DNA of 64,000 bases from Alphaproteobacteria bacterium. Lineage in GTDB: Bacteria > Pseudomonadota > Alphaproteobacteria > Sphingomonadales > JAKSBY01. Location: assembly GCA_021774625.1 (NCBI GenBank), contig JAJFIV010000033.1:20732-84731 (forward strand). The letters are read 5' to 3'. This document shows, one piece after another, positions 31,629 to 38,319 of the stretch (its first letter is position 1; each line of letters starts with the position of its first letter). Below the pieces are notes generated by a model. That model was not told the origin of the DNA. It did not search any database and saw only the letters and a list, made by a program, of their open reading frames with translations. A program made the position numbers and the translations under genes.

Positions 31629-31892
31629 ATGGCGAACCGCAGGCAGATTGAGCGGGTGCAGACCGGTGTCAGGATCGAAAAGCGCATCCTGAAGGTTTTG
31701 AAGGCCACGGCTGCGCAGCATGACATGACGCTCGGCGATCTGATTGAAGGGATTGTTCTGCATGCCTTCGAGGGCAAAAGCCCGTTCGGCCAGGAAGGTC
31801 TTGCCTTCATCGCCGATATGAAACGGGCCTTTAAGCTTGACCTGACGGCGGCAGACAGTCACCGGCTGAGCGAGACGGACGGGGCCAAATGA
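31629..31892 (+). CDS. Small hypothetical protein, possible ribbon-helix-helix DNA binder
   Basis: 87 aa. GGAAGGAG lies 7 nt before ATG 31629. The N-terminal pattern (VRIEKRILKVLKATAAQHDMTLGDLIEGIVL) fits a strand-helix-helix arrangement. Fold call is inference. Confidence 0.45.
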   Translation: MANRRQIERVQTGVRIEKRILKVLKATAAQHDMTLGDLIEGIVLHAFEGKSPFGQEGLAFIADMKRAFKLDLTAADSHRLSETDGAK

Positions 31893-31914
31893 GGCGGAAG
31901 CCTGAAGGGAGCTG

Positions 31915-32403
31915 ATGATGCAGACGGCGACGAAACCGGCGCGCCCCAACCGGGTCCGCCACAGCTATACGCAGTCCATTAACGGCCGGAGGGAGGCAGT
32001 CTTCCCCCTGCTCTGCCCCATTCGGGAAATAGACTGGGCCGATGGCTGGAATCCCAGACTGGTGCTGTCGGCCTGCGGCCTTGTGGAGCAGGACTGCGTG
32101 TTTGTCATGCCCGGCGCACCGGAGGATACCATCTGGGTGGTCACCGCCTATGAACCCGGGCGCTTCCATCTGGAAATGCTGATGGTGACGCCCGGACGCA
32201 CCGTCGGCAAGCTGGAAATCACGCTTCGCCGCGGTGACGCTGATAACACCAAAGCCGATGTCATCTATACTCACACATCGCTGGGTCCAGCCGGGGATGC
32301 GTATCTCAAAGACCTCACCCGCAACTGGTATGTGGATTTCATGAAGACCTGGGAAGCGGAGCTGAACCATTATCTGCAAACGGGTAAAAAGCGCACAGCG
32401 TAA
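31915..32403 (+). CDS. SRPBCC-superfamily-like protein (hypothetical)
   Basis: 162 aa. GAAGGGAG precedes the ATG. Size and pattern resemble polyketide-cyclase/START-like proteins. Weak call. Confidence 0.5.
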   Translation: MMQTATKPARPNRVRHSYTQSINGRREAVFPLLCPIREIDWADGWNPRLVLSACGLVEQDCVFVMPGAPEDTIWVVTAYEPGRFHLEMLMVTPGRTVGKLEITLRRGDADNTKADVIYTHTSLGPAGDAYLKDLTRNWYVDFMKTWEAELNHYLQTGKKRTA

Positions 32404-32410
32404 GGCGGCG

Positions 32411-34108
32411 TCAGGCCCAATCGCCGGTCCGGGTGAAGAAATATTCAAGGGTCGCAAGGCGGCGCAGCTGTTCCGGATCCCGAATTTTCGGAACATCCAC
32501 GAACATATTCATCACCGGAAAACGGGTATCGAGCGCGGCTTTCACATAAGGGATGGTCAGATAGAAAGGCCGGGGCGGTGTACTTAGCCGCTGCCGCAGC
32601 CGGAAGGAATAGCGGCGGAGCCGGGGCGGGCGCAGATAGGTCAGCCGTTCCTTCCAGATATGTCCAGCCGAGGGCGGGCCGTCAAAGGCATGGCCATAAG
32701 CCGAGGGAAAGGCTGCAAGTTCCGGATCCATGCTACGGATCATTTCCGCTTCCAGCCGGCCGAAATTCTTGTATTTCAACGGTGTCCGGATAGCGGCGCG
32801 AACCGTCTGATATTCCACCAGCGGCGTCAATGCCGGGCCAAGCCGGTTATTGATCGCCGTGTTGCGCCCGGTCCAGAACCGGCAGCGGAAGGCGGGGTAG
32901 ACGGCCTCAATTTCGGCCCGGCTGAGTGTTTCATGATCAATCCTGAGCGCGGCGCGGATTTTTTCGCCGAGCCTTTGATGATAGTCGGCTTCACTGAATG
33001 GCGGGCGGCAGACTCCGGGATCGAACCGGCTGTAGAAGGTCCAGACCAGATCCCGCACCGAAAATGCGCGGTCCGGCAGGTAAAAGAAATTGCGGAAAAT
33101 TTCGCCGCCGCCGCCATTGAGCGCCAGCCGGCCGTCTTCACAGCCCATCATACGGCTTTTCAGATCCATGCCGCCATCGAATATGCCGTCAGTGGGAAGG
33201 CCATCGAAAAACTGGAAATTTCGCTCGACAATATCGGGGAAGGCATCGGGCGGCACGGGTGCGGTCCGGGATTTATCCACATGGTCAAGGGGTATGCCGA
33301 GGCTGTCTGCGATGGTCCTGGCGACAGTGACGTCCGCGTCATCGCGCCGGCCATATACGTGCAGGCGAGGGATCACTTTTTCCCGGCGCAGATGCGCATA
33401 GGTCAGACGGGAATCGTAGCCGCCGGAAAGGGCGGTGTCGATCTTATCGCCGAAACAACGGGCAATGCCCTGAAAATCCGCCGCCAGATGCTCATTATGC
33501 AGGGCGGCGTGGGTGGCGAGGCTGCCGATATCATCGACATCCGCATCGAAGGGAGCGGCAACAGGCGTATCGATCAGCTTGATGCCCTTTGCTACGGTAT
33601 CATTGCCATAAGTGGCGCCCTGAAACAGATATTCATAGACCGCTTGGCGGTCAATCTTGCGCACAGGAAGGACCGCCAGACAGGCCAGGAACGAGCTCGA
33701 AACCACGCTTTCATCGGCCAGTTTGTAGGCTTTGTAAGTGCCGAGGGGATCGAGAAAGCTCTCTGTGCGCCCCGCTTTTCGCACAATCAGCCAGTAGGCG
33801 CCGCGCATGTGATCCCAATCCGGCGCCCTGCCCGCCCTGAAATCATCGAGAAAGGCGTTGAGCGCCGCCACACCGACTTGATTGCGATAAAGAAAAGTGC
33901 CCGCACAGGCACAGAAATCGCCATCAGGCCGCACCACGGCATTCTTAAGCGGCGCAACCTGTTTGGGATAAAGGTGCAGGACATAATCCGGATCATCAAT
34001 GATTTTGGGAGCGGAAAACCCCTGTGTGCCCAGGGCCGCATCAAGCCGTGCCTCCCGTCCCGCCGGATTTTCGCCTGCAGCCTTTCTGACCAGAAAAAAT
34101 GCGCCCAT
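32411..34108 (-). CDS. Asparagine synthetase-like PP-loop ATP pyrophosphatase lacking the N-terminal Cys nucleophile
   Basis: 565 aa from ATG 34108 (MGAFFLVRK...). PP-loop motif ALSGGYDSRL. The N-terminal region resembles a class-II glutaminase domain but no Cys follows any candidate Met. The ORF-track start at 34210 adds 34 aa. Confidence 0.75.
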   Translation of the reverse strand: MGAFFLVRKAAGENPAGREARLDAALGTQGFSAPKIIDDPDYVLHLYPKQVAPLKNAVVRPDGDFCACAGTFLYRNQVGVAALNAFLDDFRAGRAPDWDHMRGAYWLIVRKAGRTESFLDPLGTYKAYKLADESVVSSSFLACLAVLPVRKIDRQAVYEYLFQGATYGNDTVAKGIKLIDTPVAAPFDADVDDIGSLATHAALHNEHLAADFQGIARCFGDKIDTALSGGYDSRLTYAHLRREKVIPRLHVYGRRDDADVTVARTIADSLGIPLDHVDKSRTAPVPPDAFPDIVERNFQFFDGLPTDGIFDGGMDLKSRMMGCEDGRLALNGGGGEIFRNFFYLPDRAFSVRDLVWTFYSRFDPGVCRPPFSEADYHQRLGEKIRAALRIDHETLSRAEIEAVYPAFRCRFWTGRNTAINNRLGPALTPLVEYQTVRAAIRTPLKYKNFGRLEAEMIRSMDPELAAFPSAYGHAFDGPPSAGHIWKERLTYLRPPRLRRYSFRLRQRLSTPPRPFYLTIPYVKAALDTRFPVMNMFVDVPKIRDPEQLRRLATLEYFFTRTGDWA

Positions 34109-34159
34109 GCCCGCCAATCGCCTTTTGCACTCTGTACGATCTCTTCTAAGGTAATTCCC

Positions 34160-34435
34160 ATGGATATGGAAAAAGAATTGAAAAACCTTGAAACACCCGG
34201 TGTCGTACAAATCCGGACATTACTGCCTGCCGATATGATCAGACGGATCGTGAATCACTATGAGGAGGCGGCCGCAATTAAAAGTCCCGGCGGGCGATTC
34301 GCTAATAAATCCGATGGCGTTCTTGAGACAATGCTGGAAAAGCCGCCATATAACGCTTTGCTGCAAACCTTGTTAGGAGATAATTACCGCATCGGGCGCA
34401 TTCTTTATTTCAACAAGACCCGAACGGCGAACTAG
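34160..34435 (+). pseudogene. PhyH-type Fe(II)/2OG dioxygenase, 5' fragment (interrupted by IS630-family element)
   Basis: Encodes MDMEKELKNLETPGVVQIRTLLP...ILYFNKTRTAN and ends at TAG 34433-34435, exactly at the IS junction. The reading frame resumes at 35494. Confidence 0.6.
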
Positions 34436-34484
34436 AGTGTTTTCCGAATAGAAAGAGTCATTGAAGGGATTCCCTTTTTTGTTT

Positions 34485-34545
34485 GAATATGATCGTGCCA
34501 TAGAGGCTGGTTAAGGAGGCCAGCCTCTATGGCACGATCATATTC
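34485..34545 (+). promoter_or_regulatory. Perfect 26-bp stem-loop enclosing the transposase SD (in the loop) and start codon (in the stem)
   Basis: GAATATGATCGTGCCATAGAGGCTGG (34485-34510) is the exact reverse complement of 34520-34545. The loop TTAAGGAGG spans 34511-34519. ATG 34529 lies in the 3' arm. Confidence 0.6.
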
Positions 34546-34894
34546 TCAGGATTTGCGCGACCGGGTTATTGATGCGGTTCTTGATGATGGTTTGAGCCGC
34601 CGTGCCGCGGCGCGGCGTTTTGGCATCTGTTATTCGACAGCGATCCGGTGGCTTGACGCGGTTACCCGCGACGGGCGTTGGCACTCGGCCGGCACGGGCG
34701 GACACCGGCCCTTGAAGCTCGCTCCCGAGCGCGACTGGCTTCTGGCGGAGATTGAGCGCCGCCCGGATCTGACGCTTGAGGCCCTTGCCACCTGTCTGCA
34801 GCAGGAACGCGGCGTCTCCGCCAGCGCTTCCATGCTGTGCCGCTTTTTCGGGAAAGAAGGGATCAGCTTCAAAAAAAACCGTATTCGCGGCTGA
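34529..34894 (+). CDS. IS630-family transposase, N-terminal HTH part (orfA)
   Basis: 121 aa with an HTH region (LSRRAAARRFGICYSTAIRW). Ends just after the A8 tract at 34871-34878. Confidence 0.8.
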   Translation: MARSYSQDLRDRVIDAVLDDGLSRRAAARRFGICYSTAIRWLDAVTRDGRWHSAGTGGHRPLKLAPERDWLLAEIERRPDLTLEALATCLQQERGVSASASMLCRFFGKEGISFKKNRIRG

Positions 34895-35477
34895 GCAGGA
34901 TCGTCCTGATATTGCCTATCGCCGCCAGCAGTGGAAGAAGTATCAGAAGCGACCATCGCCCGAACGTCTCGTCTTCATTGATGAGACTTGGGCCAAAACC
35001 AATATGACACCGACCCATGGATGGGCTCCGCGCGGACAACCCTTGCTGGCCAAGGCGCCGGGCGGACATTGGCTGACGATGACATTCATCGCCGCGCTAC
35101 GTCATGACGGCATTTCCGCGCCCTGTGTCTTCGATGGGCCGATCAATGGCGAACGATTCCTCGCCTGGGTCACACAGGCGCTGGTGCCGACACTCAAACC
35201 CGGCGATATCGTCATTATGGACAATCTCTCCTCACACAAGAGCGCCGCCGTCAGAAAGACCCTTCGGGGCGCAGGCGCCCGGCTCTTCTTCCTGCCGCCA
35301 TACTCACCCGACCTCAACCCCATCGAACAAGCCTTCGCCAAACTCAAACGCCTGCTCAGACGCGCCGAAGAACGCACCAAGGAAGCAACATGGCGCCGCA
35401 TCGGATCACTCCTCAACCAATTCTCACCGCAAGAGTGCGCCAATTATTCCAGAAATTCAGGATATGACTATACCTAA
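34776..35477 (+). CDS. IS630-family transposase, DDE catalytic part (orfB; needs a frame change at the A8 tract)
   Basis: DDE-type motifs VFIDETW, IVIMDNLSSHK and YSPDLNPIEQAF. The homologous sequence starts about 34872 (KKTVFAAEQDRPD). The frame is +1 relative to orfA. Confidence 0.8.
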   Translation: MRPLPPVCSRNAASPPALPCCAAFSGKKGSASKKTVFAAEQDRPDIAYRRQQWKKYQKRPSPERLVFIDETWAKTNMTPTHGWAPRGQPLLAKAPGGHWLTMTFIAALRHDGISAPCVFDGPINGERFLAWVTQALVPTLKPGDIVIMDNLSSHKSAAVRKTLRGAGARLFFLPPYSPDLNPIEQAFAKLKRLLRRAEERTKEATWRRIGSLLNQFSPQECANYSRNSGYDYT

Positions 35478-35493
35478 TAGGAATCGACTCTAG

Positions 35494-35966
35494 GGTGTTC
35501 CCTGGCATCAGGATCGGACAATTGCAGTTGAAAAACGCTTTCATCATCAGGATTTCACGAATTGGACGGTGAAAGATGGCATCCCGCACGTCGAAGCACC
35601 TGTGAAGTTGCTTGAGAAAATGATCACCGTTCGCATTCACCTGGATGATATCGATGAAGAGAATGGTCCTTTACAAGTTGTGCCGGGCAGTCATTTGCTG
35701 GGCCGCCAACCCGCAAGAATATTGGAAAAGCCCTAAAAGGTAAGCAGATCAAAAACTGCACGGGGGGAAAAGGGGCGATTTATCTGACGCGCCCGCTACT
35801 GCTGCACCGTTCGGGGAAAATACAATCGGACGCGTCCCGGCGGACTTTACAGATCGAATCTTTGCCGGAAAAACCTATAGCCGGCTTTCTGCTCAGTGTC
35901 TCGCAACGTCTGACAGAAGGCCGGGATCATCCGGTAACTCCTGATCCTGCCGGGCGATCACACTGA
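35494..35966 (+). pseudogene. PhyH-type Fe(II)/2OG dioxygenase, 3' fragments (additional frameshift near 35734)
   Basis: GVPWHQDRTIAVEKR... carries the HxD iron motif (WHQD, 35503-35514) and VVPGSHLLG, then stops at TAA 35734. Homology continues in another frame (GGKGAIYLTRPLLLHRSGKIQSDASRRTLQIE). The 3' end is uncertain. Confidence 0.55.
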
Positions 35967-36426
35967 AGCTCGCATCTGTTTCGAGAATTACCCATTCAGC
36001 GTCATCAATGCTATGCAGACCACGGTCGCGCAGCGCGGCTTTTATTTCGGCCTCGCTTACCCGCTCTTTTTTCATGTTACCCCGCAGCAATTCTCCCTTA
36101 CAGAGTAAAAGCGCCGGCTTGGCTTTGACGAGTTTCCGGAAGATCTCGTTTTTGATTACCAGGCATGTTGTCAGCCACTGGAAGATCATGAGAGCCGCCA
36201 TTGCCACCAGGGCATCGGTAATGGCGACATTTTTCAGCAGAATTCCCGAAGAAACCAAACCGCCAATGGCAACCGTAATAACCCAGTCGAAATTGTTCAT
36301 CTGCGAGGTTGTGCGCTTGCCCGAGAGGCGGGTCATCGCGATGAGCGCAACATAAATAATAAGGGAAGAAAGACTGATGCTAACCAGCCGGTCCATACTG
36401 TTGAACCAGGTATTGATCTCATTCAT
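35893..36426 (-). CDS. DUF421 (YetF-like) membrane protein
   Basis: 177 aa. Motif RLSGKRTTSQMNNFDWVITVAIGG, TM helices and a soluble C-terminal domain. Confidence 0.75.
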   Translation of the reverse strand: MNEINTWFNSMDRLVSISLSSLIIYVALIAMTRLSGKRTTSQMNNFDWVITVAIGGLVSSGILLKNVAITDALVAMAALMIFQWLTTCLVIKNEIFRKLVKAKPALLLCKGELLRGNMKKERVSEAEIKAALRDRGLHSIDDAEWVILETDASFSVIARQDQELPDDPGLLSDVARH

Positions 36427-36490
36427 AGGATGGCCTCACTGTCCGTAGAAAAGTAAATTCCAACTCTTTGGTTTGATGCCTTGCACTATA

Positions 36491-36515
36491 AACAGCGAAA
36501 CAGCACATTCGTTCC
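36491..36515 (-). promoter_or_regulatory. Relaxed EcfG-type promoter motif GGAAC-N16-TGTT facing the DUF421 gene
   Basis: The minus strand reads GGAAC-gaatgtgctgtttcgc-TGTT, about 65 nt upstream of ATG 36426. The -10 element is TGTT rather than CGTT. Confidence 0.35.
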
Positions 36516-36530
36516 AAAGGTGAATTTTCC

Positions 36531-36555
36531 GGAACTTTTTCAGCCTCATCACGTT
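36531..36555 (+). promoter_or_regulatory. EcfG-type (general stress response) promoter motif GGAAC-N16-CGTT
   Basis: GGAAC at 36531-36535, spacer tttttcagcctcatca (16 nt), CGTT at 36552-36555. The motif ends 37 nt upstream of the PRC-barrel ATG at 36592. Confidence 0.55.
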
Positions 36556-36591
36556 TCCTCAGCATCATTAACTCAGGCAGAGGAACTTATT

Positions 36592-36951
36592 ATGACTTAC
36601 CGTCCCAATCTTTTATCTTCCACATCCATTACCGGTGACAAGGTCACTAATCTTGAGGGTGAAAATCTTGGTGATATCAAGGATCTGATGATCGATCTGG
36701 ATACCGGCCAGATCGCCTATGCGGTGCTTTCCTTCGGCGGTTTTCTTGGCCTTGGCGATAAATATTTCGCCATGCCCTGGCAGGCGTTGCGTCTGGATGC
36801 CGAAAATAAATGTTTCAAGCTGAATGTGGACAAGGAAAAGCTGAAAGACGCGCCGGGCTTCGACAAGGATGACTGGCCGAACTGGTCCGACAGCGCCTAT
36901 CATGACACCATTCATGAATATTACGGCTATACGCCAAGACGCGCCGCGTAG
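36592..36951 (+). CDS. PRC-barrel domain protein
   Basis: 119 aa. Contains GDKVTNLEGENLGDIKDLMIDLDTGQIAYAVLSFGGFLGLGDKYFAMPW, typical of PRC-barrel stress proteins. The ORF-track start at 36481 would overlap the promoter motif. Confidence 0.75.
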   Translation: MTYRPNLLSSTSITGDKVTNLEGENLGDIKDLMIDLDTGQIAYAVLSFGGFLGLGDKYFAMPWQALRLDAENKCFKLNVDKEKLKDAPGFDKDDWPNWSDSAYHDTIHEYYGYTPRRAA

Positions 36952-37021
36952 TATCATCCCTTATTATGACTTTTTGCGGGGGCCGCCGGGCCCCCGCGTC
37001 CAACTTAAAGGGTTATAAATC

Positions 37022-37180
37022 ATGGATATTATCCGCATCATTTTTGCCATCATCCTGCCGCCCGTCGGCGTTTTCCTTCAGGTCGGTATCGGGCTGCATT
37101 TCTGGCTCAATATCCTTCTGACATTATTAGGCTATATTCCGGGCATCATTCACGCCATTTATATTATTCTGAAACGCTAA
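37022..37180 (+). CDS. Pmp3/YqaE-family small hydrophobic stress protein (52 aa; below the ORF-track cutoff)
   Basis: My own translation gives MDIIRIIFAIILPPVGVFLQVGIGLHFWLNILLTLLGYIPGIIHAIYIILKR. This is the canonical two-TM Pmp3 pattern (LPPxGV...GYIPGxIHA). Confidence 0.75.
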   Translation: MDIIRIIFAIILPPVGVFLQVGIGLHFWLNILLTLLGYIPGIIHAIYIILKR

Positions 37181-37189
37181 ACAGCGGCT

Positions 37190-37561
37190 ATGGACCCATC
37201 GGACCCACACGTCAGGCGGCTGGAAAACCTGGCGCGCCTGCTAGACAGCCAGTTTAAGCTGCCCGGCACCGGATTTCGCTTTGGGCTGGATGGCCTGATC
37301 GGCCTGATCCCGGGCGTCGGCGACGCTTTTACCGGTGCATTGGGCGCTTATCTGATTGCCGGAGCCTGGCGGGCGGGCGCACGCAAACGAACCCTGTTGC
37401 GCATGGGTTTCAATATGGGGCTGGATCTGCTGGTTGGCGCCATTCCTGTTGCCGGTGATATTTTCGACTTTGCTTTTAAATCCAACAAAAAAAATATTGC
37501 CTTGCTGTTGAAAGAACATAACCGCGGCACTTTGACCAAACAGCCCGACACCAGCCTTTAG
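37190..37561 (+). CDS. DUF4112 membrane protein
   Basis: 123 aa. Motifs FGLDGLIGLIPGVGD and AIPVAGDIFDFAFKSN. Lies 9 nt after the Pmp3 gene. Confidence 0.7.
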   Translation: MDPSDPHVRRLENLARLLDSQFKLPGTGFRFGLDGLIGLIPGVGDAFTGALGAYLIAGAWRAGARKRTLLRMGFNMGLDLLVGAIPVAGDIFDFAFKSNKKNIALLLKEHNRGTLTKQPDTSL

Positions 37562-37607
37562 AGCCCTTTCGGAACAGATTGACGCAAGTTGATGGCCGGA
37601 AAGAGCT

Positions 37608-38168
37608 CTATTCGCGGTTTCTGTTTACATAATCAAGTAGACTGGGATAGCCGGAAAAATCGATATCGCCCAGCATGAAGGTTCCCGGATCATAAAGAAC
37701 ATTGGGATCGCCCGTTCCGTAAAATCCGCGGCCCGGGGGCGCACCGGGCTGGCGGGCCAGTAAATCCACACCGAAGGCGACGGCAATCTGCTCAAAGGAC
37801 ATTTTTTTATATTGCCCGCCAATGACCATGCCAATATTGGCGTCCCCACCCTTTTCAAATTTTTCTCCCATCAGGGCGGCCGCCACATCGCCGCGCGCAA
37901 TCATTTCATCCAGTTCGCTTTTCCCGGCCCCAAGATCCGATTTATTGAGCCCGCGCGTGATCCAGTCGGAAAAGCGGATGAATTTACCGCCACCCAGATC
38001 AACATAGGCATCCCGAAAATCCTCAATGACTTTCTTGCTGGGTTTAGGGGTAATGGTCACTGACAGGGCATCACCCGCCGGGGCAGTTTGGGATTGCGGC
38101 CAAACATTTCCCGTAACGGCCAGCAAGCCGGACAGGCCTAATAAAAATAAGGAAAAAACATGCCGCAT
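37608..38168 (-). CDS. Secreted hypothetical protein
   Basis: 186 aa with an N-terminal signal peptide (MRHVFSLFLLGLSGLLAVTG). No recognisable family. Confidence 0.5.
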   Translation of the reverse strand: MRHVFSLFLLGLSGLLAVTGNVWPQSQTAPAGDALSVTITPKPSKKVIEDFRDAYVDLGGGKFIRFSDWITRGLNKSDLGAGKSELDEMIARGDVAAALMGEKFEKGGDANIGMVIGGQYKKMSFEQIAVAFGVDLLARQPGAPPGRGFYGTGDPNVLYDPGTFMLGDIDFSGYPSLLDYVNRNRE

Positions 38169-38278
38169 GAGGAAAACCCGCCGATCAGTGGCTTAAGACT
38201 ATAACTGTCCAAAAATTTTTGCAAAACAATAATATATAATATTCTGAGCAGATGCCGCTTGACCTGACAGGCATGCAG

Positions 38279-38301
38279 CAATTATTGTTATACAATAATT
38301 G
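38279..38301. promoter_or_regulatory. Perfect 10-3-10 inverted repeat, candidate operator of the DUF2975/HTH operon
   Basis: CAATTATTGT-TAT-ACAATAATTG at 38279-38301, in the gap upstream of the DUF2975 gene. Confidence 0.4.
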
Positions 38302-38319
38302 ATTAGACGGAGCCGGCTG

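Larger units (their letters stand above)
34435..35490 (+). mobile_element. IS630/Tc1-mariner-family insertion sequence (~1056 bp)
   Basis: Flanked by TA (34433-34434 and 35491-35492) within CTAG. The ~18-bp terminal inverted repeats are imperfect (GAGTGTTTTCCGAATAGA versus reverse complement GAGTCGATTCCTATTAGG, 12/18). Encodes HTH and DDE transposase parts. Confidence 0.85.

Noticed and set aside
32411-34108. Lasso-peptide cyclase interpretation of the Cys-less AsnB homologue
   Set aside because: There is no transglutaminase-like leader peptidase (B protein), no RRE, no short precursor ORF and no isopeptidase nearby. It is kept only as one of several precedents for Cys-less AsnB homologues.
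32660-34159. Most of the 591-aa plus-strand ORF 32660..34435
   Set aside because: It is antisense to the AsnB-like gene, which carries a genuine PP-loop motif. Only its last ~91 codons (from ATG 34160) look real, and those are the 5' fragment of the dioxygenase pseudogene.
36976-36997. GC hairpin GCGGGGGCC-GCCG-GGCCCCCGC after the PRC-barrel gene, considered as an intrinsic terminator
   Set aside because: No U-tract follows the stem on either strand; the T-run precedes it on the plus strand. It may still be a stabiliser or attenuator, so I did not call it a terminator.
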